Below are positions 30,588-39,267 of a DNA stretch of 64,000 nucleotides, in pieces. The notes below the pieces were generated by a model, which searched no databases, was not told the DNA's origin, and saw nothing but the letters and a program-made list of their open reading frames with translations. The position numbers and the translations under genes are program-made. The stretch spans positions 6,925 to 70,924 of the forward strand of contig CAZOUW010000003.1 in assembly GCA_964583075.1 (NCBI GenBank), written 5' to 3'. The DNA comes from an uncultured Candidatus Saccharibacteria bacterium (GTDB taxonomy: Bacteria; Patescibacteriota; Saccharimonadia; Saccharimonadales; JAGQNJ01). The number at the start of each line of letters is the position of its first letter. Position 1 is the first letter of the stretch.

Positions 30588-32053
30588 TACTGTTTGCTTT
30601 GACTAGTACTAGATTTGGACGTTAGCTCATGTTTTGGGAATAGCGTGCCCTCAATTGGCCTAATAACACCTTCCTCAAAGACGTGACGAATCTTTACAGA
30701 CGTTTTTGGCATGAATGGCTCCAGCATTTCAGCAATCTGCAACAAACATGCTGCCTGATATGCCAATACATTACGCAAGTGTACTTTGTCTTTTGTCTTG
30801 GCGATTTCCCATGGCTTTTGTTCTTCAATGTACTGGTTTAAACCTCGCACCTGTTCCCAAACCTCTTCAAGAGCTTTGTCAAAACGACAGTCGTGCAATG
30901 CTTGATGATAACCGCTCACATCATGACCGGTTTCTGGAATCTCACCGAGTATCCCTTCTTCGTAACGTTGAATCATTGCAGCTGTTCGCTGTACGGCGTT
31001 ACCTAACTCGTTGGCAAGTTCATTATTGTAAACTTCGTCTAATCTTTGCCATGAAAAGTCACCATCCGCGTAGCTCGGAATATGCCTCATGAAGAAATAT
31101 CTAAAAACATCGGCTTCGTACCTATTAAGAATCTCATTCGGAGTAATGTAATTACCTAATGATTTGCTCATCTTCTTGCCATTTACCGTGATAAAACCGT
31201 GAACATACAGAAGCTTAGGCAGCGGTAAGCCAAGGCCAAGTAACACACCAGGCCAAATTGCCGCATGAAAGCGTAAAATATCTTTACCGATAACCTGCAC
31301 ATTGGCCGGCCAGTAGTCTTTGAAATCTTGATGTTCTGGATAGCCTAATACCGTTATGTAATTTAATAATGCCTCAAACCACACATACATAACCTGAGTG
31401 TCGTCACCTGGCACTGGTATGCCCCACTCAATCTTGTCTTTCGGCCTAGAGATACTAATGTCTTCTAGGCCTTCGTTAATAACGTGCAAAATTTCATTAC
31501 GACGTGTTTCTGGCACAACCTTAAATTCACGAGAGATAATTGCATCACGAATATGGTCAGCATATTTTGTTAACTTGAAAAAATAGTTATCTTCCTTCAA
31601 ACGAATGTACGGTTTAGCATGATCCGGGCATGTTCCGTTATTCGCTTTTACTAACTGCTCAGTAAAATACTCTTCGTGCCCAATACAGTACCAACCTTCA
31701 TAACTGCCTTTGTAAATATCTTCTTTTAGGTTGTCCCAGGCAATTTGTGCTCGCTGAATATGACCTTCGTCCGTCGTACGAATAAAACGATCGTTACTTA
31801 TGTTGAGAGCTTTTTGCAAATCCCGGAATTTTTGGCTATTTTGGTCGACCAATTGTTTTGGCGTAATACCAAGCTCGGCAGCCTTTTCGGCAATTTTTGT
31901 TCCATGTTCATCAGTGCCCGTTGCGTAAATGACGGGTGTTTTTTGTAACCGTGCCGTGCGTGCCAACACGTCAGCATAAATGAATTCCATTGCGTGGCCA
32001 AGATGAGGTTCACCGTTAGCATACGGAATTGACGTAGTAATAAAATAGTTCAT
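30587..32053 (-). CDS. metG: Methionine--tRNA ligase (short form)
   Basis: PYANGEPHLGHA (HIGH) and KMSKSLGN (KMSKS). Confidence 0.95.
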   Translation of the reverse strand: MNYFITTSIPYANGEPHLGHAMEFIYADVLARTARLQKTPVIYATGTDEHGTKIAEKAAELGITPKQLVDQNSQKFRDLQKALNISNDRFIRTTDEGHIQRAQIAWDNLKEDIYKGSYEGWYCIGHEEYFTEQLVKANNGTCPDHAKPYIRLKEDNYFFKLTKYADHIRDAIISREFKVVPETRRNEILHVINEGLEDISISRPKDKIEWGIPVPGDDTQVMYVWFEALLNYITVLGYPEHQDFKDYWPANVQVIGKDILRFHAAIWPGVLLGLGLPLPKLLYVHGFITVNGKKMSKSLGNYITPNEILNRYEADVFRYFFMRHIPSYADGDFSWQRLDEVYNNELANELGNAVQRTAAMIQRYEEGILGEIPETGHDVSGYHQALHDCRFDKALEEVWEQVRGLNQYIEEQKPWEIAKTKDKVHLRNVLAYQAACLLQIAEMLEPFMPKTSVKIRHVFEEGVIRPIEGTLFPKHELTSKSSTSQSKQ

Positions 32054-32300
32054 GTGTTTAGTCCTATATTAACAGATATCGTTGGTAAAATTCCTAGAGA
32101 AATAAAAGAGAGTTAGCCCAAAAGGGGCATCATGCGAATTTGATTTAACTGCATGGTTGTTTTCATACGGTTATTGTAGCACATCAACACCTGTAGCTAA
32201 GTGCTTGTGGCTAAAGCCCGCTTTAGCTTTATAATTTGCTTCTAGGACTTGAGTGTTTGTCCTTTCACAATTTAACCAAACCACACCCCTTGGAGGGAAG

Positions 32301-33053
32301 ATGACCACCTTTACTGAAGAGCAGGCACTTGACGCAATCTGCTGGAGCGCTGATGTTGATGGCCTCGATGTCCTGATGGACACGATCGACGCCATGCCTC
32401 GCCTGCGCAAGATCAAGATCGACCGCCTGTTCGTCGACACCTACGGCCCAGAGGTTTTCCAACTCTTGGTCGAGAACTACCCAGAGCTGCTGGTCTTCTT
32501 CGACGCCAAATACGCCGAGATACCGACCAAGTTGGCTGAGCTTGCCAAGATCGGATGCAGTCATCGTCCTTGGATGCTTAACTGCATGGCAGACTGCCTG
32601 TCCAACGGTGACTTCAGCAACGCCGACCAGAAGAAGCTCGATGGGCTCAAGCAGTTCGCCGACATCTGTCATGACAACAGTGTACAGCCCTGTGCTGTAT
32701 CTGTGCTGACAACCAAAACGGACCGCATGACCACCTACCAGTTCAACGGCAGGAACAGAGTCGAGCAAGTCCTGTTCTATGCCGAACATCTGGTGGAGGC
32801 GGGCTTTACGCACATCGTCTGCTCTCCCAAGGAGCTCAAGGCGCTACGAGCTGAGCGAAGCTTCGACGGCCTCATCGCCGTGAACGCTGGTATCCGCCCG
32901 GCTGGTTCGGCTCGTGATGACCAGGTCAACGCCGACACGCCGCGAGCAACGCTCGAGGCTGGCTCCGGACTCCTAGTCATCGGACGACCACTGACCAGCG
33001 GCGATCCCGCCGAGAACCTCACCAACATCGTCGCAGAGATCATCGCGACCTGA
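32301..33053 (+). CDS. pyrF: Orotidine-5'-phosphate decarboxylase-like protein (GC-rich islet 2)
   Basis: GGAGGG RBS before the ATG at 32301. FFDAKYAEIPTK matches the D-x-K-x-x-D/E motif, with Glu in place of the last Asp. The C-terminal LLVIGRPLT phosphate-binding motif is present. Confidence 0.7.
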   Translation: MTTFTEEQALDAICWSADVDGLDVLMDTIDAMPRLRKIKIDRLFVDTYGPEVFQLLVENYPELLVFFDAKYAEIPTKLAELAKIGCSHRPWMLNCMADCLSNGDFSNADQKKLDGLKQFADICHDNSVQPCAVSVLTTKTDRMTTYQFNGRNRVEQVLFYAEHLVEAGFTHIVCSPKELKALRAERSFDGLIAVNAGIRPAGSARDDQVNADTPRATLEAGSGLLVIGRPLTSGDPAENLTNIVAEIIAT

Positions 33054-33067
33054 ACAAGGAGGCGCAC

Positions 33068-33745
33068 ATGCCACTTGATATTGAGAAGGAACTTGCCGAG
33101 GCAGGTGCGGTCTATACCGATATGCACTTCGTCTATGCAAGCGGTAAGCACGGCAGTGGGTACATCAACATGGACCCACTGTTCACCAACACGAAGCTGA
33201 TGTGGCATCTTGGTGTCGAGCTATGGGGACCGTTCATCAGTGATGCGCTCTTCTTCGACACCGTTGCTGCACCTGCAACCGGAGGCATTGCCTTGGCCTA
33301 CGCCACCGCCTTCAGCCTCAAGCACGAGATTGACGTTGGTTCTGGTGGACCGATCGTGGATGTCGTCTGGGCCGACAAAGACGGAGGTGACTTTGTCTTC
33401 GAGCGAGCTGGCTTCATCAATCACGTCCGTGATAAGCGAGTCCTCATTGTCGAGGATCTGCTGACCACGGGTGGTTCTGTGGCCAAGGTTGTCCACGAAG
33501 TGGAACGGGGTGGTGGCAACGTCATCGGCGTCAGTGCAGTCTGCAATCGTGGAGGCATCACGGCTGAGTCGTTGGGCGTGCCTCGTCTCGAGTCGCTGCT
33601 CAACGTCAGCTTCGAAGCAGTCGCACCCGAGTCATGCCCGCTGTGCGCAAGCGAGGTACCCATCGTTGCCGACATCGGACACGGTGCCGACCACAAGACG
33701 GGCCATCCCGACTACGCCGGTGGGTACAGGACCCTACTGACCTGA
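33068..33745 (+). CDS. pyrE: Orotate phosphoribosyltransferase-like type I PRTase (GC-rich islet 2)
   Basis: FVYASGKHGSGYINMD, ATGGIALAYA, and the PRPP-binding motif VLIVEDLLTTGGS. 14 nt downstream of the pyrF-like gene. Confidence 0.65.
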   Translation: MPLDIEKELAEAGAVYTDMHFVYASGKHGSGYINMDPLFTNTKLMWHLGVELWGPFISDALFFDTVAAPATGGIALAYATAFSLKHEIDVGSGGPIVDVVWADKDGGDFVFERAGFINHVRDKRVLIVEDLLTTGGSVAKVVHEVERGGGNVIGVSAVCNRGGITAESLGVPRLESLLNVSFEAVAPESCPLCASEVPIVADIGHGADHKTGHPDYAGGYRTLLT

Positions 33746-33831
33746 AAGGAGGTCAACTCACTCGTCCATACCAGGTTTGCCGGTTCCCTGAGCCCTCGAA
33801 AGAGAGCACAAAATAACCGGCAGTACAGGAA

Positions 33832-33990
33832 TTACTCGTATTTACTGGCAAGATGCCAAAGATTGCAGTGTTTACATTTATAACTTTTTAACTTAATGCC
33901 ATGCTGGTGCTCCGCCAGCAAGGCAGCTGCATTAGCGTCTGCTTGTTTATTAAAAACGACTTTGTCGCTACACGGCAGTTGTTCGCTCAT
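33832..33990 (-). CDS. Possible small Cys/His zinc-ribbon-like protein (52 aa), below the ORF-track size cut-off
   Basis: Own translation: MSEQLPCSDKVVFNKQADANAAALLAEHQHGIKLKSYKCKHCNLWHLASKYE. The ATG overlaps the trehalase 3' end by 23 nt. No clear RBS. Confidence 0.3.
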   Translation of the reverse strand: MSEQLPCSDKVVFNKQADANAAALLAEHQHGIKLKSYKCKHCNLWHLASKYE

Positions 33991-35293
33991 CTATATACTC
34001 TCTGCACAATCTTTCAAAAACCGCATTAGTCCACCCAAAGCCAGTCTGAGATGGATACAAACCCTTTGCCGGTGGCTTATTTGGATCAACAACGTTGTAT
34101 TTCTCTAGGAACACGCCATGCTTATTAAACCAATTCAAGTTATTTGTGAGCCATTTAATGGCAATACGCCGAGCATCTTCATGATAGCCGTAGCGTTCTA
34201 AGCCCTGTATAACTATCAGATGTAATGGCGCCCAACCATTTGGGTGTGCCCATTGTGTCGGTACTGTACCCGGCACAATTTGATTGATTGGGATAGTCTG
34301 TGAGTCGGTTGTAGCAAGCCCACCCTTTTCTTCAAACTTGCGTAGAAACTTCACCATTTTTTCCGCCCTGGCCTGATCGACCATGCCAGCCCACATCGGA
34401 AAGTATCCAGCCAGTGAACTCACTGTGCCACGTTTCTCCTTTTTAAAATCATAATCGTAGTAAAAACCACGCATTTCATTCCACATCAAACTATCCATGG
34501 TATGCTTTCTGATTTGGGCTTTCTTTTGCCATTTTTTCACCTCATCATGGTCACCACGCAGTTTTGCGGCAGCACTAAAATCGATCTCATATTTATAAAG
34601 TAGCGAGTTTAAGTCAATGGGCAGGTAGTTGAGTGCCTTGCGTCCAAAACGTGGTGTCATATCCCACCCGCTTTCTGCTTCGGCAAGATCATTCAGATAG
34701 TTAATATCATAATAACGACTCAGCCCTGCATAAACTTGGCGTTCATTTGGCTTTTTAACGCCCATCCAAACTGTTTCGTACTCACTTTTTGCAGACGAAA
34801 TGCTATCAGCTAACCAACGCACGTCCATTTTGTAGCTGTTGTAAACATCAAAAATAAAACTCGTTAAAAATGGTGGCTGAGAACGTCCCATCAAGTATGT
34901 TCTTGAAGCATTGGGTATAACCTTAAAACGCTTTTGCATAGAAATGAGATTTTCTAGGATTCCTGTCACCAATTCCTTGTGGGTGCCATCCAGCATCCCT
35001 TGCACCATAAAGTAACTGTCCCAGTAATACATCTCGTTAAAATCGAATGCATGACCCTCTTCAAAAGCAGGCACCAAATACGGCCTCGGTAAACCAAGGA
35101 GCGTTTCGTCGTCTTTGGGGTGAAAACGCTCCAACCTTTGCCAATAACCACTTACATAAGCCCGAGCTTCACGCACATCATCAGCAGTAAGCTCATGCTC
35201 TTGCGAGCCAAAAAAAGCCTTAACCAGTGCTTTTGGTTTTTTTAACATACTTCTTAACAGTGTATGCCTATAGAGCATTAAGCTCAAGCACAT
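33968..35293 (-). CDS. Trehalase (GH37), apparently cytoplasmic
   Basis: EMYYWDSYF and PTQWAHPNGWAPLH match the two GH37 trehalase signatures. No signal peptide. The real start is probably an internal Met (MLKKPK). Confidence 0.85.
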   Translation of the reverse strand: MCLSLMLYRHTLLRSMLKKPKALVKAFFGSQEHELTADDVREARAYVSGYWQRLERFHPKDDETLLGLPRPYLVPAFEEGHAFDFNEMYYWDSYFMVQGMLDGTHKELVTGILENLISMQKRFKVIPNASRTYLMGRSQPPFLTSFIFDVYNSYKMDVRWLADSISSAKSEYETVWMGVKKPNERQVYAGLSRYYDINYLNDLAEAESGWDMTPRFGRKALNYLPIDLNSLLYKYEIDFSAAAKLRGDHDEVKKWQKKAQIRKHTMDSLMWNEMRGFYYDYDFKKEKRGTVSSLAGYFPMWAGMVDQARAEKMVKFLRKFEEKGGLATTDSQTIPINQIVPGTVPTQWAHPNGWAPLHLIVIQGLERYGYHEDARRIAIKWLTNNLNWFNKHGVFLEKYNVVDPNKPPAKGLYPSQTGFGWTNAVFERLCREYIDERTTAV

Positions 35294-35487
35294 TGCTTTT
35301 TATTGTAATTTACGGTATAATTACCACTGTAACGTGAGTTACGCGCCTTGGAATTTGATCAGATTGACCAAACCAAGGAGGCGATTCATTCGCCTCGACT
35401 GTTTGGGCAAGCTAGAGGAAGAGCCAAGCGAAAAATGAAGCTTTTGCCACATACGGCAAAACGAAATAAGAGCGCAAGCTCTGACGA

Positions 35488-35882
35488 GGGGCTGAATTTC
35501 AAGCTCGACGTAGGACTTTATCGGTTATATCAGCAGGCCGCTTACTGAGCGTTATACGGTATTTTTCTAGATGCAAATTCTATGAAAACCGCAAAGGCAG
35601 CTGTAGCAGACTTGTTTGCTCGCAGCAACTTTGCACCAGCTTTAGCTTAATTTGCTTGAGCCGTACATTGTTCAACGCCAGATAGAACAATCGTGCGCCA
35701 TATTTTCTGGCTGCCCTCTTATTGTTACCCACAGTGAGAGCTAAGCCTAAGGGTTGCGGCATCTTGTTATTTTGTCTGTTTAAAGACAATGTGCCAAAGA
35801 ACCAATCTAAATAGACTAAGCCTGTAGACGACTAACCAAGATAAACCAACGGACGTGGGGGCAGTACCCACCAGCTCCACCA
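35488..35882 (+). ncRNA. ssrA: tmRNA (SsrA)
   Basis: The 5' GGGGCUG pairs with the 3' CAGCUCC-ACCA, including the G3:U pair. GCUCGACG follows the acceptor stem. The T-arm is GUGGG-GGCAGUA-CCCAC. The tag reading frame GCA...TAA (35591-35650) encodes AKAAVADLFARSNFAPALA. Confidence 0.92.
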
Positions 35883-35887
35883 AATGA

Positions 35888-35921
35888 GCATTATCCAATC
35901 CGGATAGTGCTTTTTTGTTTT
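35888..35921 (+). terminator. Rho-independent terminator of ssrA
   Basis: 9-bp stem GCATTATCC/GGATAGTGC (one G-U pair), loop AATCC, followed by TTTTTTGTTTT. Confidence 0.75.
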
Positions 35922-35990
35922 ACCGTACTTGCAATTGTAAGATGCTTATGATAATTTAACATCAAATCAATCTAAGTAGAAAAAACAAAA

Positions 35991-37106
35991 ATGGCAAAGC
36001 AATTAAAAAAGAAAAGTAACTCAAAGCTCGGTTTTTTAACAAAGAAGACTCGTGTTATCGCGATTGTAGTGGTTGCAGTCCTCGGCTCGTTAACCGTGGC
36101 CGGACTGTTTGCAAAAAGTAATCAAAAGGACTACTCTCTTAAGCTTCCGACCCAACAGACCGCTATCAGCCTAACTAACGAAAAACCCCTTGTTATCACT
36201 AAAGATGGTAGTGGCCAAGTCAGGTATGAGTCACGAGGCAAATCAATTAACGTCACGACAACTGGAACCGTTTACTGTACGCCCGAAAATGATGGGTCAA
36301 TTAAAGTTGCCACGATAACACAAGACCAGCTATCACAGGCTGTTAACCAAGTAAGAAATACTACCCCTACCGAGGGAACAAGCACGGGAGACACTCGAGC
36401 CTCTATTGGTAATACAAAACAGCTACAACTAACACAAGGATCAACAACTCAGTCTATTGAGGTAAAAACAGCCAATCCTACGAATAATGTTGCGGCTAGC
36501 GAAAAAATACTGGATGACATCTGCGCCAAAACCACTACTACAATTCCCGCCTCGCAAGTCCCTGTATTTACACCTGGCTCTAATAACATCACAGAATACA
36601 AGCAGCAAGAAAAGCAAAGTCTGTTGTCACACGTAGTCCCAAAAGTTAGTGCTGGCGGAACACCAACAACCACGCCGCCACCAGCCGAGCCTGTTGTTGC
36701 GCCCGATGTTGAAGCAGATCAGATAGCCAGAATAAACGGTGCGAGAGCTTCCAGCGGCTTAGTTCAGCTAGGGACTTCACAGTGCCTAACCACAGCCGCA
36801 AGAACATGGTCACGAGCAATGGCCCTCTTTAACAATCTAGCTCACAGTTCTTTACAACAACTAGTAGAACAGCAGTGTGGGTCAGGTTGGTGGTCAAAAC
36901 TTGGTGAGAATGTTGGGCGAGGCAATACTTCTGCAGATACATTCCAAGCTTACATGAATAGCCCTGGGCATCGTGCTAACATTCTTGATCCTGCATATCA
37001 AAGAATTGGTGTTGGGGCAAACTATTACACCTATTCTAATGGCGCAAGGGTGTTATGGACAACGCAAACATTTGCAGCTTGCATTGGATCATGCGCAAAT
37101 AAATAA
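35991..37106 (+). CDS. Membrane-anchored CAP/SCP/PR-1-like (YkwD-type) domain protein
   Basis: N-terminal TM, Thr/Pro-rich linker, then a C-terminal CAP domain (INGARASSGL...HS...MNSPGHRANILDPAYQRIGVG). Confidence 0.8.
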   Translation: MAKQLKKKSNSKLGFLTKKTRVIAIVVVAVLGSLTVAGLFAKSNQKDYSLKLPTQQTAISLTNEKPLVITKDGSGQVRYESRGKSINVTTTGTVYCTPENDGSIKVATITQDQLSQAVNQVRNTTPTEGTSTGDTRASIGNTKQLQLTQGSTTQSIEVKTANPTNNVAASEKILDDICAKTTTTIPASQVPVFTPGSNNITEYKQQEKQSLLSHVVPKVSAGGTPTTTPPPAEPVVAPDVEADQIARINGARASSGLVQLGTSQCLTTAARTWSRAMALFNNLAHSSLQQLVEQQCGSGWWSKLGENVGRGNTSADTFQAYMNSPGHRANILDPAYQRIGVGANYYTYSNGARVLWTTQTFAACIGSCANK

Positions 37107-37116
37107 TTAAAAAGTA

Positions 37117-37144
37117 CTTGACAAATTATTATTTTGTACTATAA
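37117..37144 (+). promoter_or_regulatory. Orphan consensus sigma70 promoter
   Basis: TTGACA (37117-37122), 16-nt spacer, TATAAT (37139-37144). No convincing ORF follows; a T7 run lies at 37312-37318. Confidence 0.4.
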
Positions 37145-37377
37145 TGACAATCACTGGAATCGAAAGATTCTAACCGTCAACAGCATACAGTGACTAGGCG
37201 GTTACCGACAAAGCATTGTCCAAGCTTGAACAGTTCAGACAAATCATTAAGTCTCCTGTCATGGATAAACAATCGCTCACTAAGGCGTACCTGTTTAACC
37301 AAGATGAGGAGTTTTTTTATTGGAAAATTTATAAATTCCTCTCTTGAAAAAACGGTATTCAATCATATTGCCATGTA

Positions 37378-37406
37378 TTGTATTTTTACAGTATTTATGC
37401 TATAAT
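37378..37406 (+). promoter_or_regulatory. Promoter with extended -10, upstream of the GC-rich gene 37567-39267
   Basis: TTGTAT (37378-37383), a 17-nt spacer ending in TGc, then TATAAT (37401-37406), in AT-rich sequence about 160 nt before the GTG start. Confidence 0.45.
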
Positions 37407-37566
37407 ATTTCTTCAATTCGTAGTTTTTCTGCACCTGTTTTGTAACCTACAAAATAGCTGTGGACGGACTAACCGAAGCCCCCTGGCAGAGGCATCAACC
37501 GACCACGCTGAGGAGCGACATAACCTAGAACATTCACAACCCACAACCCAATGAAAGGACACTAAC

Positions 37567-39267
37567 GTGTCAAGCAGGAATAAAACCATCATCGGGCTCT
37601 TGGCCTGGTGGCTGTGGCTGCCCGTCTTGTACGGGGTCATCCGCGGCATCGTTGCCGTCCTCTTTGGAGGATTGGCGTGGGGTCGGAATATGGACCTCTT
37701 TACGATGGCAAACATCACGTCTGGCGGTGTACTCCTCTGGACGCTTCTGACCATCGGCGCCATCGGCTCGATCATCATCGTCTGGATGGGACTCGACTAC
37801 GACGACAAGCAGATCGCAGTCGTCTCGACTGTGGTTTTCGGAATCGGAACAGCCCTGGCACTTGGCATACTGGTCAAGGTGTATTGGGATAACGACAAGG
37901 ACTTGGCTCGCTACTACAATAGCGAGATCACGTTCGTCGTTCCGGACACCGACAACCCGCCCACTGCCGTCAAGTTGCTCCTCGATGACGCTCACCAGAG
38001 CGACGAAGAGGGATGCGACCTGGAAGGTTCAGCCGACGTGCCAAGCTGCATCGTGCAAGGTGAACTGCCTGACACAGGCTGGGAACCGCGCATCGGCTCG
38101 CTCGACGGCGCCAGGATCGCGTTGCGACGCTCCTCCGGAGATACCCAACGCGTCAGCCTGAACAAGGACATGATGGCATACCTCAACGGTGGCAGTAGTG
38201 ACTCGGAAACCCCCAGATGGAGCGGCATCCTCGACGGCAGCGGCAAGCAGCAGTCGATCGGTGGCGTTGCTGAATGGGCTGGCACGGGAACACCAAAGCA
38301 ATGTTTGTTCGAGGGTAACTTCGAGCTGAACAGGGCCTTTGGCGGTGAACGTGGTAACAGCCTGCCCAACTTGCTGGCAGAGACCTACCCGAACTTGCGG
38401 TGGAACTCGTCTGACGTCTGGGGCTACTGCGATGGCGAAGAGCCGATCGTAGTCATCCCGATGATCAAGCCGGTCTACTTCAAGAACAGGACGGTCAACA
38501 CAGCAGGTGGCATTGTCACCGTACGTGGCGATAACGGCGACACCAAGCTGGAGCACATCACTCAGGTCAAGCCTGGTCAGTTCCCTGGCCCCGTCTACCC
38601 CGCATCGCTCGTCGTGCAACACCGCGAAGAGCTCAAGTGGGCAGCCGGTCGGAAGAATTCCGATGAAGGCCGCGGCAACTTTGGTTTCGACCCAGCCAGC
38701 TCCAAAGCTCAAGCCGGGAATGTGTCGGAGTACCTGTTGCGTAACGCCGAAACTGGGCGACTCGAGTGGGTAACACCGCTGACGCTGCGCGGTAGCTCTT
38801 CCGAGCTCTTCGTGGCCTACGCAATTACACCCGCCGACGTCATCGACGAAGGCCAACTGAACAGGCTCACGATGTACATCCTTGAGCGGGACGACCCTCG
38901 AGCGATCAACATCGACAACTTGGAAGCAGACGCACGGAACTATCTGGCAACCAACGCTGGAACGTTCATCTCCAACGGAGGCAAGCTCATCGAGTTCACC
39001 CCCATCGATGGAGATCTCTGGCGAGCCTTTGGTGAGTTGAACGGACGTGTCGTCTACCGGCTTGACATCAGTGCTAGCGCAAACATCAGACCCGAGTTGG
39101 TCAACATCGGCGCTGGCGCTGACACCCCTGACGAAGGTGAAACACCAAGTAACTCCGAATGTGGCAACACACTCAGTGACCTGACACCCACCCAACTGGG
39201 TGAGTGCCTCAAGGTCTTGACGGATGAGCTTGTCTCACGCCAACCCCCGGGGCCTACCGGCAACTAG
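37567..39267 (+). CDS. Hypothetical membrane protein with large extracytoplasmic domain (GC-rich islet 3)
   Basis: 566-aa ORF spanning the whole islet; GTG start; 3-4 N-terminal TM spans; G/C-rich third positions. The long minus-strand ORFs over it are shadow frames. Confidence 0.7.
   Translation: MSSRNKTIIGLLAWWLWLPVLYGVIRGIVAVLFGGLAWGRNMDLFTMANITSGGVLLWTLLTIGAIGSIIIVWMGLDYDDKQIAVVSTVVFGIGTALALGILVKVYWDNDKDLARYYNSEITFVVPDTDNPPTAVKLLLDDAHQSDEEGCDLEGSADVPSCIVQGELPDTGWEPRIGSLDGARIALRRSSGDTQRVSLNKDMMAYLNGGSSDSETPRWSGILDGSGKQQSIGGVAEWAGTGTPKQCLFEGNFELNRAFGGERGNSLPNLLAETYPNLRWNSSDVWGYCDGEEPIVVIPMIKPVYFKNRTVNTAGGIVTVRGDNGDTKLEHITQVKPGQFPGPVYPASLVVQHREELKWAAGRKNSDEGRGNFGFDPASSKAQAGNVSEYLLRNAETGRLEWVTPLTLRGSSSELFVAYAITPADVIDEGQLNRLTMYILERDDPRAINIDNLEADARNYLATNAGTFISNGGKLIEFTPIDGDLWRAFGELNGRVVYRLDISASANIRPELVNIGAGADTPDEGETPSNSECGNTLSDLTPTQLGECLKVLTDELVSRQPPGPTGN

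Noticed and set aside
32265-33816. Overlapping ORFs on both strands across the pyrF/pyrE islet
   Set aside because: These are shadow frames. The two plus-strand genes carry recognisable enzyme motifs and an RBS.
35340-35487. Possible SRP (4.5S) RNA upstream of ssrA, because of AGAGGAAGAGCCAAG (reminiscent of GGAAGCAGCCAAGG) and a GAGGCGA-ttcat-TCGCCTC hairpin
   Set aside because: I could not fold the flanks into the required long helix with the symmetric loop. The resemblance is too weak without a covariance model.
35348-35789. Track ORFs 35348-35548 (+) and 35580-35789 (-)
   Set aside because: They lie on top of the tmRNA gene (35488-35882), so they are not coding.
37177-37405. Small ORFs 37177-37362 (-) and 37190-37405 (+)
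   Set aside because: Both use non-ATG starts, lack an RBS and have odd composition. The region is treated as non-coding or a candidate RNA instead.
37570-39263. Many long ORFs on both strands inside islet 3 (for example 38029-39195 minus, 388 aa)
   Set aside because: These are shadow ORFs in DNA of about 65% GC. Only the 566-aa plus frame spans the islet with protein-like composition and GC3 bias.
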